Shown here: positions 1-11,124 of the stretch, one piece after another
Position numbering within the stretch: position 1 is the stretch's first letter
Layout: the number at the start of each line of letters is the position of its first letter
Assembly (NCBI GenBank): GCA_030390025.1
Contig: CM059431.1
Span: 134,356,001 to 134,420,000 of the forward strand
Source: Squalus acanthias
Taxonomy: Eukaryota
DNA: 64,000 bases
Direction of reading: 5' to 3'
Program-made: the position numbers and the translations under genes
The notes under the pieces: model-generated
The model's input: only the letters and a program-made list of their open reading frames with translations
Databases searched by the model: none
What the model was told of the DNA's origin: nothing

Positions 1-31
1 CCTTCTCTCCCTAGCCCAGGAACAATGAAGC

Positions 32-1655
32 CATAGAATGATACAGCACAGAAAGAGGCCAATGTGCCTGTGTCGGCTCTTTGGTAGAGCTATCCAATTA
101 GTCCCACTCCCTTGCTCTTTCCACATTGCCCTGTTTTTTTCCCTTTCAGGTATTTATCTAATTCCCTTTTGAATGTTATTATTGAATCTGCTTCCACCAC
201 CCTGCATTTTTAAAGAAAAGTTTCCTCACGTTGCCTCTGGTTCATTTGCCAATCATCTTAAATCTGTATCCTCTGGTTACCCATCATTCTGCCACTGAAA
301 ACAGTTTCTCCTTATTTACTTGATCAAAACCATTCATGATTGGGTTTACCACCTCCTATCAAATCTCCTCTTAACCTCCTCTGCTCTAAGGAGAACAACC
401 CCAGCTTCTCCAGTCTCCACATTACTGAATTCCCACATCCCTGGAACCATTCTAGTCAATCTCATCTGCACCCTCTCCAAGGACTTGACATCCTTCCTAA
501 AGTGTGGTGCCCAGAATTGAACACAATACTCCAGCTGAGGCCTAACCAATGTTTTATAAAGGTTTAGTACAAGTTCTTGCTTTTGCATTCTATTCCTCTA
601 TTAATAAAGCCAAGAATCCCATAAGCTTTTTTTAACAGCCTTTTCTACTTGTCTTGCCACCTTCAAAGATTTGTGTACATACACAGCCAGGTCTCTGTTC
701 CTGTACCCCCCTTAAACCTGTACCCCCCCTTTAAAATTGTACCATTTAGTTCATATTGCCTCTCCTCATACTTCTTACCAAAAACTATTACTTCAGACTT
801 CTCTGCATTAAATTCTATTTGCTGTGTATCTGCCCATTTTACCAGTTTGTCTATGTCCTCCTGAAGTCTGTTACTATCCTCCTCATTGTTAGTAAGCTCC
901 TCACCTCTGCACCCTTGCCTCTGAGGCAGAAGATTGTGGGTTCAAGTCCCACTCCAGAGACTTGAGCACAAAAAAGTCTAGGCTGCCACTCCAGTGCAGT
1001 ACTGAAGGAGTGCTGCACTGTCTGAAGTGCTGCCTTGCGGGTGAGACGTTAAACCGAGGCCCCGTCTGCTCTCTCAGGTGGACGTAAAAGATCTTGTGGC
1101 ACTATTTCGAAGAAGAGCAGGGGAGTTATCCCCGGTGTCCTGGTCAATATTAATCCTTCAATCAACATAACAAAAACAGATTATCTGGTCATTATCACAT
1201 TGCTGTTTGTGGGAGCTTGCTGAGCACAAATTGGTTGCCACATTTCCTACATTACAACAGTGACTGCACTTCAAGAAGTACTTCCTTGGCTGTAAAGAGC
1301 TTTGGAATGTCTGGTGGTCGTGAAAGGCGCTATATAAATGCAAGTCTTTTACATTTCTGAGTTTCATGTCCTCTGCAAACTTTGAAATTATGCCCTGTAT
1401 ACCCAAGTCCAGGTCATTAATATATTTCAAAAAGAGCAGTTGTCCTAATGCCAATCCCTGAGGAACACCACCCTCCAATCTGAAAAACAACTGTTCACCA
1501 CTACTCTCTGCTTTCTGTCCATTAGCCAATTTTGTAGCTATGCTGCCACTGTCCCTTTAATCCCAGGGGCTTTAATTTTGCTAACAAGTCTATTATGTGG
1601 TACTTTGTCAAACGCCTTTTGAAAGTCCATATGTACATCAACCTGCTCTGTTACT
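32..1655 (-). mobile_element. CR1 LINE 3' portion, interrupted by a SINE at ~891-1350
   Basis: Minus-strand RT fragments YKTLVRPQLEYCVQFWAPH and GVPQG...YINDLD...SKFAED; CR1-type 3' tail near position 32. Confidence 0.85.
895..1350 (+). mobile_element. tRNA-derived Deu-domain SINE (SacSINE1/AmnSINE1-like)
   Basis: B-box GGTTCAAGTCCC; body gagacgttaaaccgaggcccc...ggacgtaaaagat...; tail aaaggcgctatataaatgcaag; many copies in the window. Confidence 0.8.
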
Positions 1656-1900
1656 TCAATTTGTTCAGTTTCACACTATGTGGTGCATTCAGCTATTGAG
1701 CTACCAGAGGTGTTTATACTTAAAATAATTTTGGTGACCAAATTAAACATGAACTTTGAATAAAATGTAAATAAATTTATATGTAGCAGCAATGTTTAAT
1801 GACCATTTCATCAGGCATAGGATGTCTTTTTATGAGGAGCTTCAGAGTCTTGTTCAAAAAAGATAATCCTTAATTCAACCATGATGGCTTGTGTTTACAG

Positions 1901-2025
1901 ATGGAGACCCAGATAACTATATTGCCTATTATAGACGAGCCACAGTCTATCTGGCTATGGGTAAATCAAAATCTGCTCTCCCAGACCTAAGTAAGGTCAT
2001 TGAGCTGAAACCAGACTTCACATCT
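1901..2025 (+). CDS. DNAJC3: DNAJC3 coding exon (exon 3 equivalent), TPR region
   Basis: tttacag| acceptor and |gtaagt donor; 125 nt; reads (D)GDPDNYIAYYRRATVYLAMGKSKSALPDLSKVIELKPDFTS, recognisable as P58IPK/DNAJC3. Confidence 0.96.
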
Positions 2026-2203
2026 GTAAGTAACATTCTCTTAATGCTGTTTTAATTTGCACTTTTTTGGTTGAAAAACCAGGACAATCTTGCGTAGAAT
2101 TTTGCCGATAGCTGTATTACAAGGTATCCTTTTTAATGAAAAAAAGTTGTATATTTGTCTTTTGGTATACAATAGATTAAAAAAAAATCTTGATTATGTT
2201 TAG

Positions 2204-2278
2204 GCTCGGCTGCAGAGAGGAAACTTGCTGCTAAAGCAAGGAAAGCTGGATGAAGCGGAGGATGACTTTAAGAAAGTG
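2204..2278 (+). CDS. DNAJC3: DNAJC3 coding exon (exon 4 equivalent)
   Basis: tttag| ... |gtaagt; 75 nt; ARLQRGNLLLKQGKLDEAEDDFKKV; phase 0/0, in frame with the previous exon. Confidence 0.96.
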
Positions 2279-2910
2279 GTAAGTTTGTACATATACACAG
2301 TATTGGGGTTCTAATACTTTTTGGTTTTGCCTTTTAACCCACTGTGTCCATTGATGATTTGTTGCATCTATACATAACTTGTGCTACTTTCATGCCAGTT
2401 TAAAACACTCTCAAATGGAGCAGAAATTATCAATTGCCTATACAAAAAATATTCTTTGGCTGTTTCGGTGGATCAGTTAATATGCATGGAGATCTATTCA
2501 GACTATTTTTATTTGTAGTCAGTCCTTCAGAAATGAAAAATAAACAAGACCAAGATCAGTTTCTTCCCCACTGCCTAGAAAGAGAAATTATAGAAGATAT
2601 ATAGAAATCTCTATTAGGGCTCCCATGGTGTTGCTCACCAGTGATTTGGAGAATATGCAGTTCCTTAACAATTGTCATATGGAAGTTTACCAATTTACAG
2701 TCACTGACTAAGGCAGTGATGCCAGAACAAATAATCCTCCTCCCGCCCCCCCCCCCCCCCATGTTGCCAAACTCCTGCATCCCACCCCAGTTTTCAGGTT
2801 ATCCACAACGATTGTCCCTAGTGTCACCAAAGCATCGGACCGCTAATACAGCTGCATGTTTTTTTAATTTAGCAAATTCTTTGTCATTATTTGTGAGTGA
2901 TCAATTTAAG

Positions 2911-3492
2911 GAAAGAAATAATTGCATTTAAAGAGTGCCTTTCACAACCTCTGGACACCTCAAAGTGCTTCATAGGCAATTAAGTACTTTTGAAGTGTCA
3001 CTGTTGTAATTGTATTGAAAGATGGCTGCCAATTTGCACACAGCAAGGAGGCTAGATAAGCATATGAGGGAGAAGGGAATAGAGGGTTATGCTGATAGTT
3101 AGATGAGAAAAGACCGGAGGAGGCTTGAGTGGAGTATAAACGCCGGCATGGACTGGTTGGGCCGAATGGCCTGTTTTTGTGCTGTATATCCTATGTATGT
3201 AAATGATCAGATAATCTGTTTGTGATGTTGGTTGAGGAATAAATGCTGGCCAGGACACTGGAAGAACTCCCCTGCTCTTTGAATGGAACCATGACATCTT
3301 TTAGGGCCATTGAGAGAGCACACGGAGCCTCCGTGTAACGCCTTATCCGAAAGACACCTCAGGCAATGCAGCGCACTCTCAGGACTGCACTGGCGTGCCA
3401 GCCTAGATTATGTGCTTGAGTCTTTGAGTGGGGCTTGAACCTTGATCCTTTGACTGAGGCAGGAGTGCTACCATTAAGCCAAGGCTGACACC
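2911..3492 (-). mobile_element. Deu-domain SINE, with a short + strand CR1 3' end inserted at ~3048-3200
   Basis: Reverse-complement match to the 895-1350 SINE; the insert ends gggccgaatggcctgtttttgtgctgtatatcctatgt. Confidence 0.75.
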
Positions 3493-3847
3493 GTGGCCAA
3501 ATTGGAAGTAGCATTTTAAAAAGTTCCTAGTACATTATTTAGAACACATTTTATCAGGAAAATATTCCTAGTTTGCAAAAAGACTTCCCTTTAAGACGTT
3601 TTGTGATCTCTCAATATTTGGGGTGTCCCCATAACGGCCGTAAAGGTCTTAAACAGTTTATAAGGATCTGATCTGCCCAGGAGTATTCAATTTGTTTTCC
3701 CAACATAGGGTAATTAATAGCTCGTGCACAAATACTTCACCATTGCGCACCAAAGACTTTAACTAAGAAATTTTCTTCTGGTTCTTTTGCCAATTACCTT
3801 AAATCTGTGTCCTCTGGTTACCAACCCTTCTGCTACTGGAAATCACG

Positions 3848-4024
3848 GGCTGCGTTCGCACTATACAGCCCATGCAATTGCATGGGGCCCAAGCGGATCC
3901 AGGGAAAGGACACCTACGCTCACGGGACATTATATATTGCTGATGTGATATCACAAGTTACCGAACACAAGCGGGCCTCCGGCCAGTCGGCGAGCGCCAT
4001 TGGTCTGCTTCTTGGAATGTAGCC
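3848..4024. mobile_element. Small PIF/Harbinger-like MITE
   Basis: Ends GGCTGCGTTC / GAATGTAGCC (8/10 inverted match), flanked by a 3-bp ACG duplication. Confidence 0.5.
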
Positions 4025-5891
4025 ACGGCATTGGAGTCCTGCTGTCCTATGGCATACTGGAGCCCCAGATTTGCAGAGTTACATCAATAGATACATTAAA
4101 AAATTAGACACTGACAATAGAAAGTGAGTCAATTTCATTTGTTTATCTTTGCTTTAGCAATTGGAACATTTTTTTAAAACTAACATTTAGGATGCAATAC
4201 CTTAAATTTCTCTTTCCAGATGCTACTATAATTTCCAGCATCTGTTATTTTAGATTTCCAGCATTGTTTCATTTCTAAACATGTATTTATGCATCACACC
4301 AGTTGTTTTTGTGTTTATGTAAGTCCTGCATCTTTTCTGAAGCTGTAAGTGACCGTGCGCCATACATCATATACTTGTTGCGCTAGAAACCTAGTGAAGT
4401 TGCTTGAAATCTCCTCCGTTAAGATATTATTTCCTATTTAAAAAAAAAAATCTAATGAGTCTGTAAGTCTCAGCACCAATTGCAGGTAATGCATTTGGGG
4501 AGGGCTAACAAGGCAAGGCAATATACAATAAATGGTAGGAAATTGAGAAGTGTAGAGGAACAGGAACCTTGGAGTGCATGGCCACAGATCCCTGAAGGTA
4601 GCAGGACAGGTAGATAAGGTGGTTAAGAAGGCATCGAGGATACATTTCTTTATTAGTTAAAGCGTAGAATATAAGTGCAGGGAGGTTACGCTAGAACTGT
4701 ATAAAACACTAGTTAGGCCACAGCTAGAGTACTGTGTACAGTTCTGGTCACCGTATTACGGGAAAGATGTGATTGCACTAGAGAGGGTACAGAGGAGATT
4801 TAAGAGGATGTTGCCAGGACTGGAGAATTTTAGCCATGAGAAAAGATTGGATAGGCTGGGGTTGGTTTCTTTGGAACAGAGGGGGCTGAGGGGAGACTTA
4901 AGAACATAAGAATTGGGAGCAGGGGTGGGTCATGCGGCCCCTCAAGCTTGCTCCGCCATTCAATAAGATCATGACTGATGTTTGACCTCAACTCCACTTT
5001 CCTGCCCGATCCCCATATCCCTGGATTCCCCATGAGTCCAAAAATCTATTTCTCTCAGCCTTAAATATACGCAATGACTCGGCATCCACAGCCCTTTGGG
5101 GTAGAGAATTCCAAAGATTCACAATCCTCTGAGTGAAGAAATTCTCATCTTCTCATCCTCCTCAGTCTTAAATGGCTGACCCCTTATCCTGAGACTATGC
5201 CCCTGAGTTCCAGACTCTCCAGCCAGGGAAACAACCTCTCAGCGTCTACCCTGTCAATCCCCCTCAGAATTTTGTATGTTTCAATGAGATCACCTCTCAT
5301 TCTTCTAAATGCCAGAGAGTATAAGCCCAGTCTCTCCTCATAAGCCAACCCTCATCCTAGGGATCAATCTAGTGAGCCTTCATTGCACCGCCTCTAAGGC
5401 ATTTATGTCCTTTCTCCGATAAGGAGACCAGAACTGTGCACAGTACTCCAGGTATGGTCTCACCAAAGCCCTGTCCAATTGTAGTAAGACTTCCTTACTC
5501 ATTCCCTTCATCTAAGTCATTAATATTGATTGTAAATAGCTGAGGCCCAAGCAGTGATCCTTGCGGCACCCCACCAGTTACAGCCTGCCAACCGGAAAAT
5601 GACCTGTTTATCCCTACTGTGTTTTCTGTCCGTTAACCAATCCTCTATCCATGCTAATATATTGCCCCCAACCTCCATCTTGCGTAGCAACCTTTTATGT
5701 GGCACCTTATCGAATGCCTTCTGGTAATCCAGATATACTACATCCACTGGTTCCCCTTTATCTACCCTGCTAGTTACATCCTTAAAACTCTAATAAATTT
5801 GTTAACCACGATTTCCCTTTTCATAAAACCATGTTGACTTTGCATAATCATATTCTGATTTTCTAAGTGCCCCATTGCCACTTCCTTAATA

Positions 5892-6252
5892 CAGGAAACT
5901 CTTTACTAACCGGCACCGACGGGACCGGCGTGGTGCCGGTTAATCAAAAAGTCCGGATAATGGAGAGTTATATCTCCCAACGTACGAGAGCCCCGTACAC
6001 ATTGACATGCGCCTGCATTCGGAGCTCCGTCTCCCCGGGGACCGCCAGCTGACCATCTGTCGTGTCCGCTGCCTACCCGGGCTGCACATTCCCCTCCCAA
6101 TCTACACGCTTCGATACAAGGCAAACGCCTCGGGTTTTTTTAAAGTTAATTTTAAACGAGAGATGAAGGAAAACCCCAGGTTACCTACTCAAGAATTTTG
6201 CCGGTTAAGAGAGATTTCCGGATATTTGGGTGCCGGTTAATAGAGTTTCCTG
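5892..6252. mobile_element. Tc1/mariner-superfamily (pogo/Tigger-like) MITE
   Basis: TA-CAGGAAACTCT...AGAGTTTCCTG-TA; ~25-bp imperfect TIRs; TA duplicated within the host CR1. Confidence 0.85.
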
Positions 6253-6317
6253 TAATTGATTCCAGCATTTTCCAGACAGCTGATGTCCGCCTTACTGGCT
6301 TGTAGTTCCGTTTTCTT

Positions 6318-6635
6318 TTGGATGAGACGTAAACCAAGGGCCCCATCTGCGCTCTCAGGTGGACGTAAAAGATCCCATGGCACTATTTTGAAGAAGAGTA
6401 GGGGAGTTATCCCCGGTGTCCTAGCCAATACTTCTCCCTCAACCAACCTAACCAAAACAGATTATCTGGTCATTATCACATTGCTGTTTGTGGGAGCTTG
6501 CTGTGCGTGAATTGGCGGCCTCGTTCCCCACATTACAACAGTGACTCCACTTCAAAAGTACTTCATTGGCTGTAAAGCACTTTGAGATGTCCGGTGGTTG
6601 TGAGGCGCTATATAAATGCAAGTCTTTCCTTTTCC
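6318..6635 (+). mobile_element. 5'-truncated Deu-domain SINE
   Basis: Matches 1040-1350. Confidence 0.8.
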
Positions 6636-7278
6636 TTTCCCACCCACCCACCCTAGGATGGAGGCCATCATGTCCTGGGGATTGGTCAGCTTTTAGTCTC
6701 ATTAGTTTCTCAAGTACTTTTTCTCAACTGAATTCATTACTTTACTTTAAGTTCCTTACACTCATTCGCTCCTTGGTTCCTCACTATTTTTGGTATGCTT
6801 TTTGTGTCTTCTACGGTGAAGACAGATACAAAATATTTAAAGTCTCTGCCATTTCCTTATTCCCTATTACAATTTCACCTGTCTCAGCTTCTAAGGGACC
6901 AACGCTTACTTTTGCTACTCTCTCCTTTTTTGTATACTTGTAGATTCTCTTACAATCTGTTCTTACACAGCTTGCTAGTTTGCTCTCATTCTATTTTCTC
7001 CGTTTATCAATTTTTAGTCATCCTTTGCTGATTTCTAAAGCTCTCCCAATCCTCAGGCTTGCTACTATTCTTCGCAACATTGTAATCCTCTTTTAATCTA
7101 ATTTCTTTAGTTAGCCACGGCTGGATCACTTTTCCTGTGGAGTTTTTATTTCTCAATGGAATGTATATTCGTTGAGAATTTTGGAATTTCTTTAAATGTT
7201 TGCCACTGCTTATCTACAGTCATACCTTTTAATCTAATTTCCCAATCTATTTTGGCTAACTCGCCCCTCATACCTATG

Positions 7279-9421
7279 ACTGGAAAAATAAATTAAAGGG
7301 TAAGACAGTTGAAATGCAGTGGTGGACATTTAAGGAGATATTTCATAACTCTCAACAAAAATATATTCCAGTGAGAAAGGAAGATTTTAAGAGAAGGGAG
7401 CACCATTCGTGGCTAACTAAGGAAGTAAAGGATGGTATCAAATTGAAAATGAAGGCATACAATGTTGCCAAGATTGGTGGGAGACCAGAGGATTGGGAAA
7501 TTTTTAAAAACCAGCAAAGGATGACTAAAAAAATAAGAGAGATGAAGAATTATGAGAGTAAACTGGCAAGAAACATTAAAACAGATAGTAAGAGCTTCTA
7601 CAGGTATATAAAAAGGAAGAGGGTAGCTAAAGTAAATGTTGGTCCCTTAGAGGATGAGACTGGGGAATTAATAATGGGGAACGGGGAAATGGCCGAGACT
7701 CTGAACAAATATTTTGTATCTGTCTTCACGGTAGAAGACACTAACAACATCCCAATAATGGATAATCAAGGGGCCACAGGGAGGGGGGAACTAAAGACTA
7801 TCACTATGGAAATGTACTTGGTAAAATAATGGGATTAAAAGATGACAGTTCCCCTGGACCAGATGGCCTGCATACCAGGGTCTTAAAAGAAGTGGCTGCA
7901 GAGATAGTGGATGCATTGGTTGCAATATACCAAAATTCCCTGGACTCTGGAGAGGTCCCAGCGGATTGGAAAACTGCAAATGTAACACCCCTATTTAAGA
8001 AAGGAGGGAGACAGAAAGCAGGAAACTATAGACCAGTTAGCCTAACATCTGTCGTTGGGAAAATGCTGGAGTCCTTCATTAAGGAAGCAGTAGCAGGGCA
8101 TTTGGAAAATCATAATGCAGTCAAGCAGAGTCGGCATGGTTTTATGAAAGGGAAATCATGTTTAACAAATTTGCTGGAGTTCTTTGAGGAGGTAACGAGC
8201 AAGGTGGGCAAAGGTGAACCAGTGGATGTGGTGTATTTGGATTTCCAGAAGGCATTCGATAAGGTGCCACATAAAAGGTTACTGCACAAGATAAAAGCTC
8301 ACGGACTTGGGGGTAATATATTAGCATGAATAGAGAATTGGCTAACTAACAGAAAGCAGAGAGTCGGGATAAATGGGTCATTTTCCAGTTGGCAAAAGGT
8401 AACTAGTGGGGTGCCACAGGGATCGGTGCTGGGGCCTCAACTATTTACAATCTACATTAATGACTTGGATGAAGGGACTGAGTGTAATGTAGCCAAGTTT
8501 GCGGATGATATAAAGATGGGTGGGAAAGCAAGTTGTGCAGAGGACTCAAAGAACCTGCAAAGGGATATAGACAGGCTAAGTGAGTGGGCAAATATTTGGC
8601 AGATGGAGTATAATGTGGGAAAGTGTGAGGTTATACACTTTGGCAGGAAAAATAAAAAAGCAAATTATTATTTAAATGGAGAGCGATTACAAAATGCTAC
8701 AGTTCAGAGGGACCTGCGAGTCCTTGTGCATGAAACACAAAATGTTAGCATGCAGGTACAGCAAGTAATCAAAAAGGCAAATGGAATGTTGGCCTTTATT
8801 TCAAAGGGGTTGGAGTATAAAAGCAGGGAAGTCCTGCTACAACTGTACAGGGTATTGGTGAGACCACACCTCGAGTACTGCATACAGTTTTGGTCTCCTT
8901 ATTTAAGGAAGGATATACTTGCATTGGAGGCAGTTCAGAGACGATTCACTAGGTTAATTCCAGAGATGAGGGGGTTGACTTATGAGGAAAGGTTGAGCAG
9001 GCTGGGCCTATACTCATTGGAATTTAGAAGAATGAGAGGTGATCTTATTGAAACATATAAGATACTGAGGGGGCTCGACAAGGTAGATGCAGAGAGGATG
9101 TTTCCACTCGTGGGGAAATCTAGATTGCGGGGGCCCAGTTTTAGAATAAAGGGTCGCCTTTTTAGAGCTGAGATCAGGAGGAATTTCTTCTGAGGTTGTA
9201 AATCTGGAATTCTCTGCCCCAGAGAGCTGTGGAGGCTGTGTCATTAAATACATTTAAGGCGGAGATAGACAGATTTTTGCAAGATAAGGGAGTGAAGGGT
9301 TATCAGGGAGCGGGTGGGAAAGTGGCTTTGAGCCCAAGATCAGCCATGATCTTATTGAATGGCAGAGCAGGCTCGAGGGGCCAAGTGGCCTATTCCTGGT
9401 CCTATTTCTTATGTTCCTATG
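7279..9421 (+). mobile_element. CR1 LINE, 5'-truncated ORF2 (RT) and 3' UTR
   Basis: ORFs 7314-9193 with [36 protein letters not shown] motifs; cctatg duplicated at the junctions. Confidence 0.92.
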
Positions 9422-11124
9422 TAATTGGCTTTAAGTTTAATAGTCTCGTTTCCGACTAAAGTACAGTACTTCACTCTCACTCAATGTAAATGTTATCATT
9501 ATGATCACTCTTCCCCAGAGGATCCTTTACTATGAGATTACTAATTAACCCTGTCTCATTACACAATACAAGATCTAAACTAGCCTGTTCCCGGTTGGTT
9601 CCATGACTTATTGTTCTAGGAAATTGTCCCGAATGCATTCCATGAATTTGTCCTCCAGATTACTGTTGCCAATTTGATTTGCCTGATCTATATGAAGATT
9701 AAAGTGCCCCATGATTATTGTATTACCTTTTGTTACAAGCTCCTATTATTTGTTGATTAATGCTCTGTCCAATGGTATAGCTACTGTTTGGGGGCCTATA
9801 AACTACTCCCACCAGTGTTTTCTGCCCCTTGTTATTTCTTCTATCCACCCATATTGATTCTGCTTCCTGATCTTCCGAGCCACGATCCTTTCTCACTACT
9901 GTCCTTATGTCATCCTTTTAATATCAGGGCTACCCACTCACCCCCCCGCCCCCCCCACCACCGCCATTTTCCATTCTGCCTGTCTTTTCGAAACATCAAG
10001 TACCCTGGAATATTTGGTTCCCAATCTTAGTCACTTTGCAACCATGTCTCTCTAATGGCTATTGGATCAAAGCCAATAATCTCTGTTAATTGAGGTGTAT
10101 AAAATTATGCAGGCCTAGATAGAGTGGATCGGAAGGACCAATTTCCCTTAGCAGAGGGGTCAATAACCAGGGGGCATAGATTTAAAGTAATTGGTAGAAG
10201 GATTAGAGGGGAGTTGAGAACATTTTGCAACCAGAGGGTGGTGGGGGTCTGGAACTCACTGCCTGAAAGAGTGGTAGAGGCAGAAACCCTCATCACATTT
10301 GAGAAGTACATGGATATGCACTTCAAGTGCTGTAACCTACAAGGCTATGAACCAAGAGCTGGAAAGTGGGATTAGGCTGATAGCTCTTTCGGCTGGCACA
10401 GACACAATGGGCTGAATGTCTTCCTTCTGTGCCGTAAATTTCTATGATTCCTTAATGTTTATTTTAAACCGTAGGCTGAGCTATCTGCCCTCTTAGAACA
10501 TTAGGATATTTAGAACAAATTGCTTGAGTTGATTGGAAATTGTGTCCTTCAAGCTATAGTTAAACGAGTTCATAGTGAAAAATATTTTACTATGATGTAT
10601 GGACTGCACTCCAGCTGTTAATCACACCAAACAGCTGTCTCTGACTTTGTGTACAGTTACCCTTGCTCTTGGACAGTTTCAGAATCTGATGCCGGATAGG
10701 TCAGTCCTGCGAATAGAAAACACTGGTTCTTTCTGGCCCTATCTCAAGATCTTTCTGTTGGTTTCCTCATTTTGCGTTTGAGCCACTGAGTGACACTTGC
10801 GGCACAGTAATGCAGCTGATGCTCTTTCATACACCAATTCACACCAAGGTAATAAATCCCTGTGGTGTTGCCCATTGATGGGCCCTTTTTGTGCAATTGG
10901 CCACATTAGTGTTTTTACTCAAGGTCTTGGGGCAACACAAGCATGCAGGCTTGAATTGTCTAATTTTGGAGTACAATATTTCTTTGTATTCCTTGGACAA
11001 AATACACATGCTAGCTTCCATTTCCTAAATCTGTCTTGCAGAAGATGAGAGCACAGGAGGGAGAAGTGATTTCTGCCGACTCCTTATTGGCCAAGCAAAC
11101 TGGCTTTCTGACATCCTGTCATTG

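Larger units (their letters stand above)
4899..10085 (-). mobile_element. CR1 LINE (APE+RT remnants, internal deletions) hosting a MITE, a SINE and another CR1
   Basis: 3' tail taagaacataag; minus ORF DVVYLDYQKAFDKVPHKRLL; endonuclease remnant at 9422-10085. Confidence 0.85.
4470..10452 (+). mobile_element. CR1 3' fragment split into 4470-4898 and 10086-10452 by a nested insertion block
   Basis: ggggagacTTAA ... TTAAttgaggtgtat rejoins the LRGDLIEVYKI coding stretch. Confidence 0.8.

Noticed and set aside
905..960. tRNA gene
   Set aside because: B-box motifs here and elsewhere belong to SINE heads; no complete cloverleaf is evident.
10560..11120. Possible processed pseudogene in unexplained intron 4 sequence (continuing at 14895-15260)
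   Set aside because: No convincing translation; faint RT-like traces on the minus strand suggest an ancient LINE, but the signal is too weak to call.
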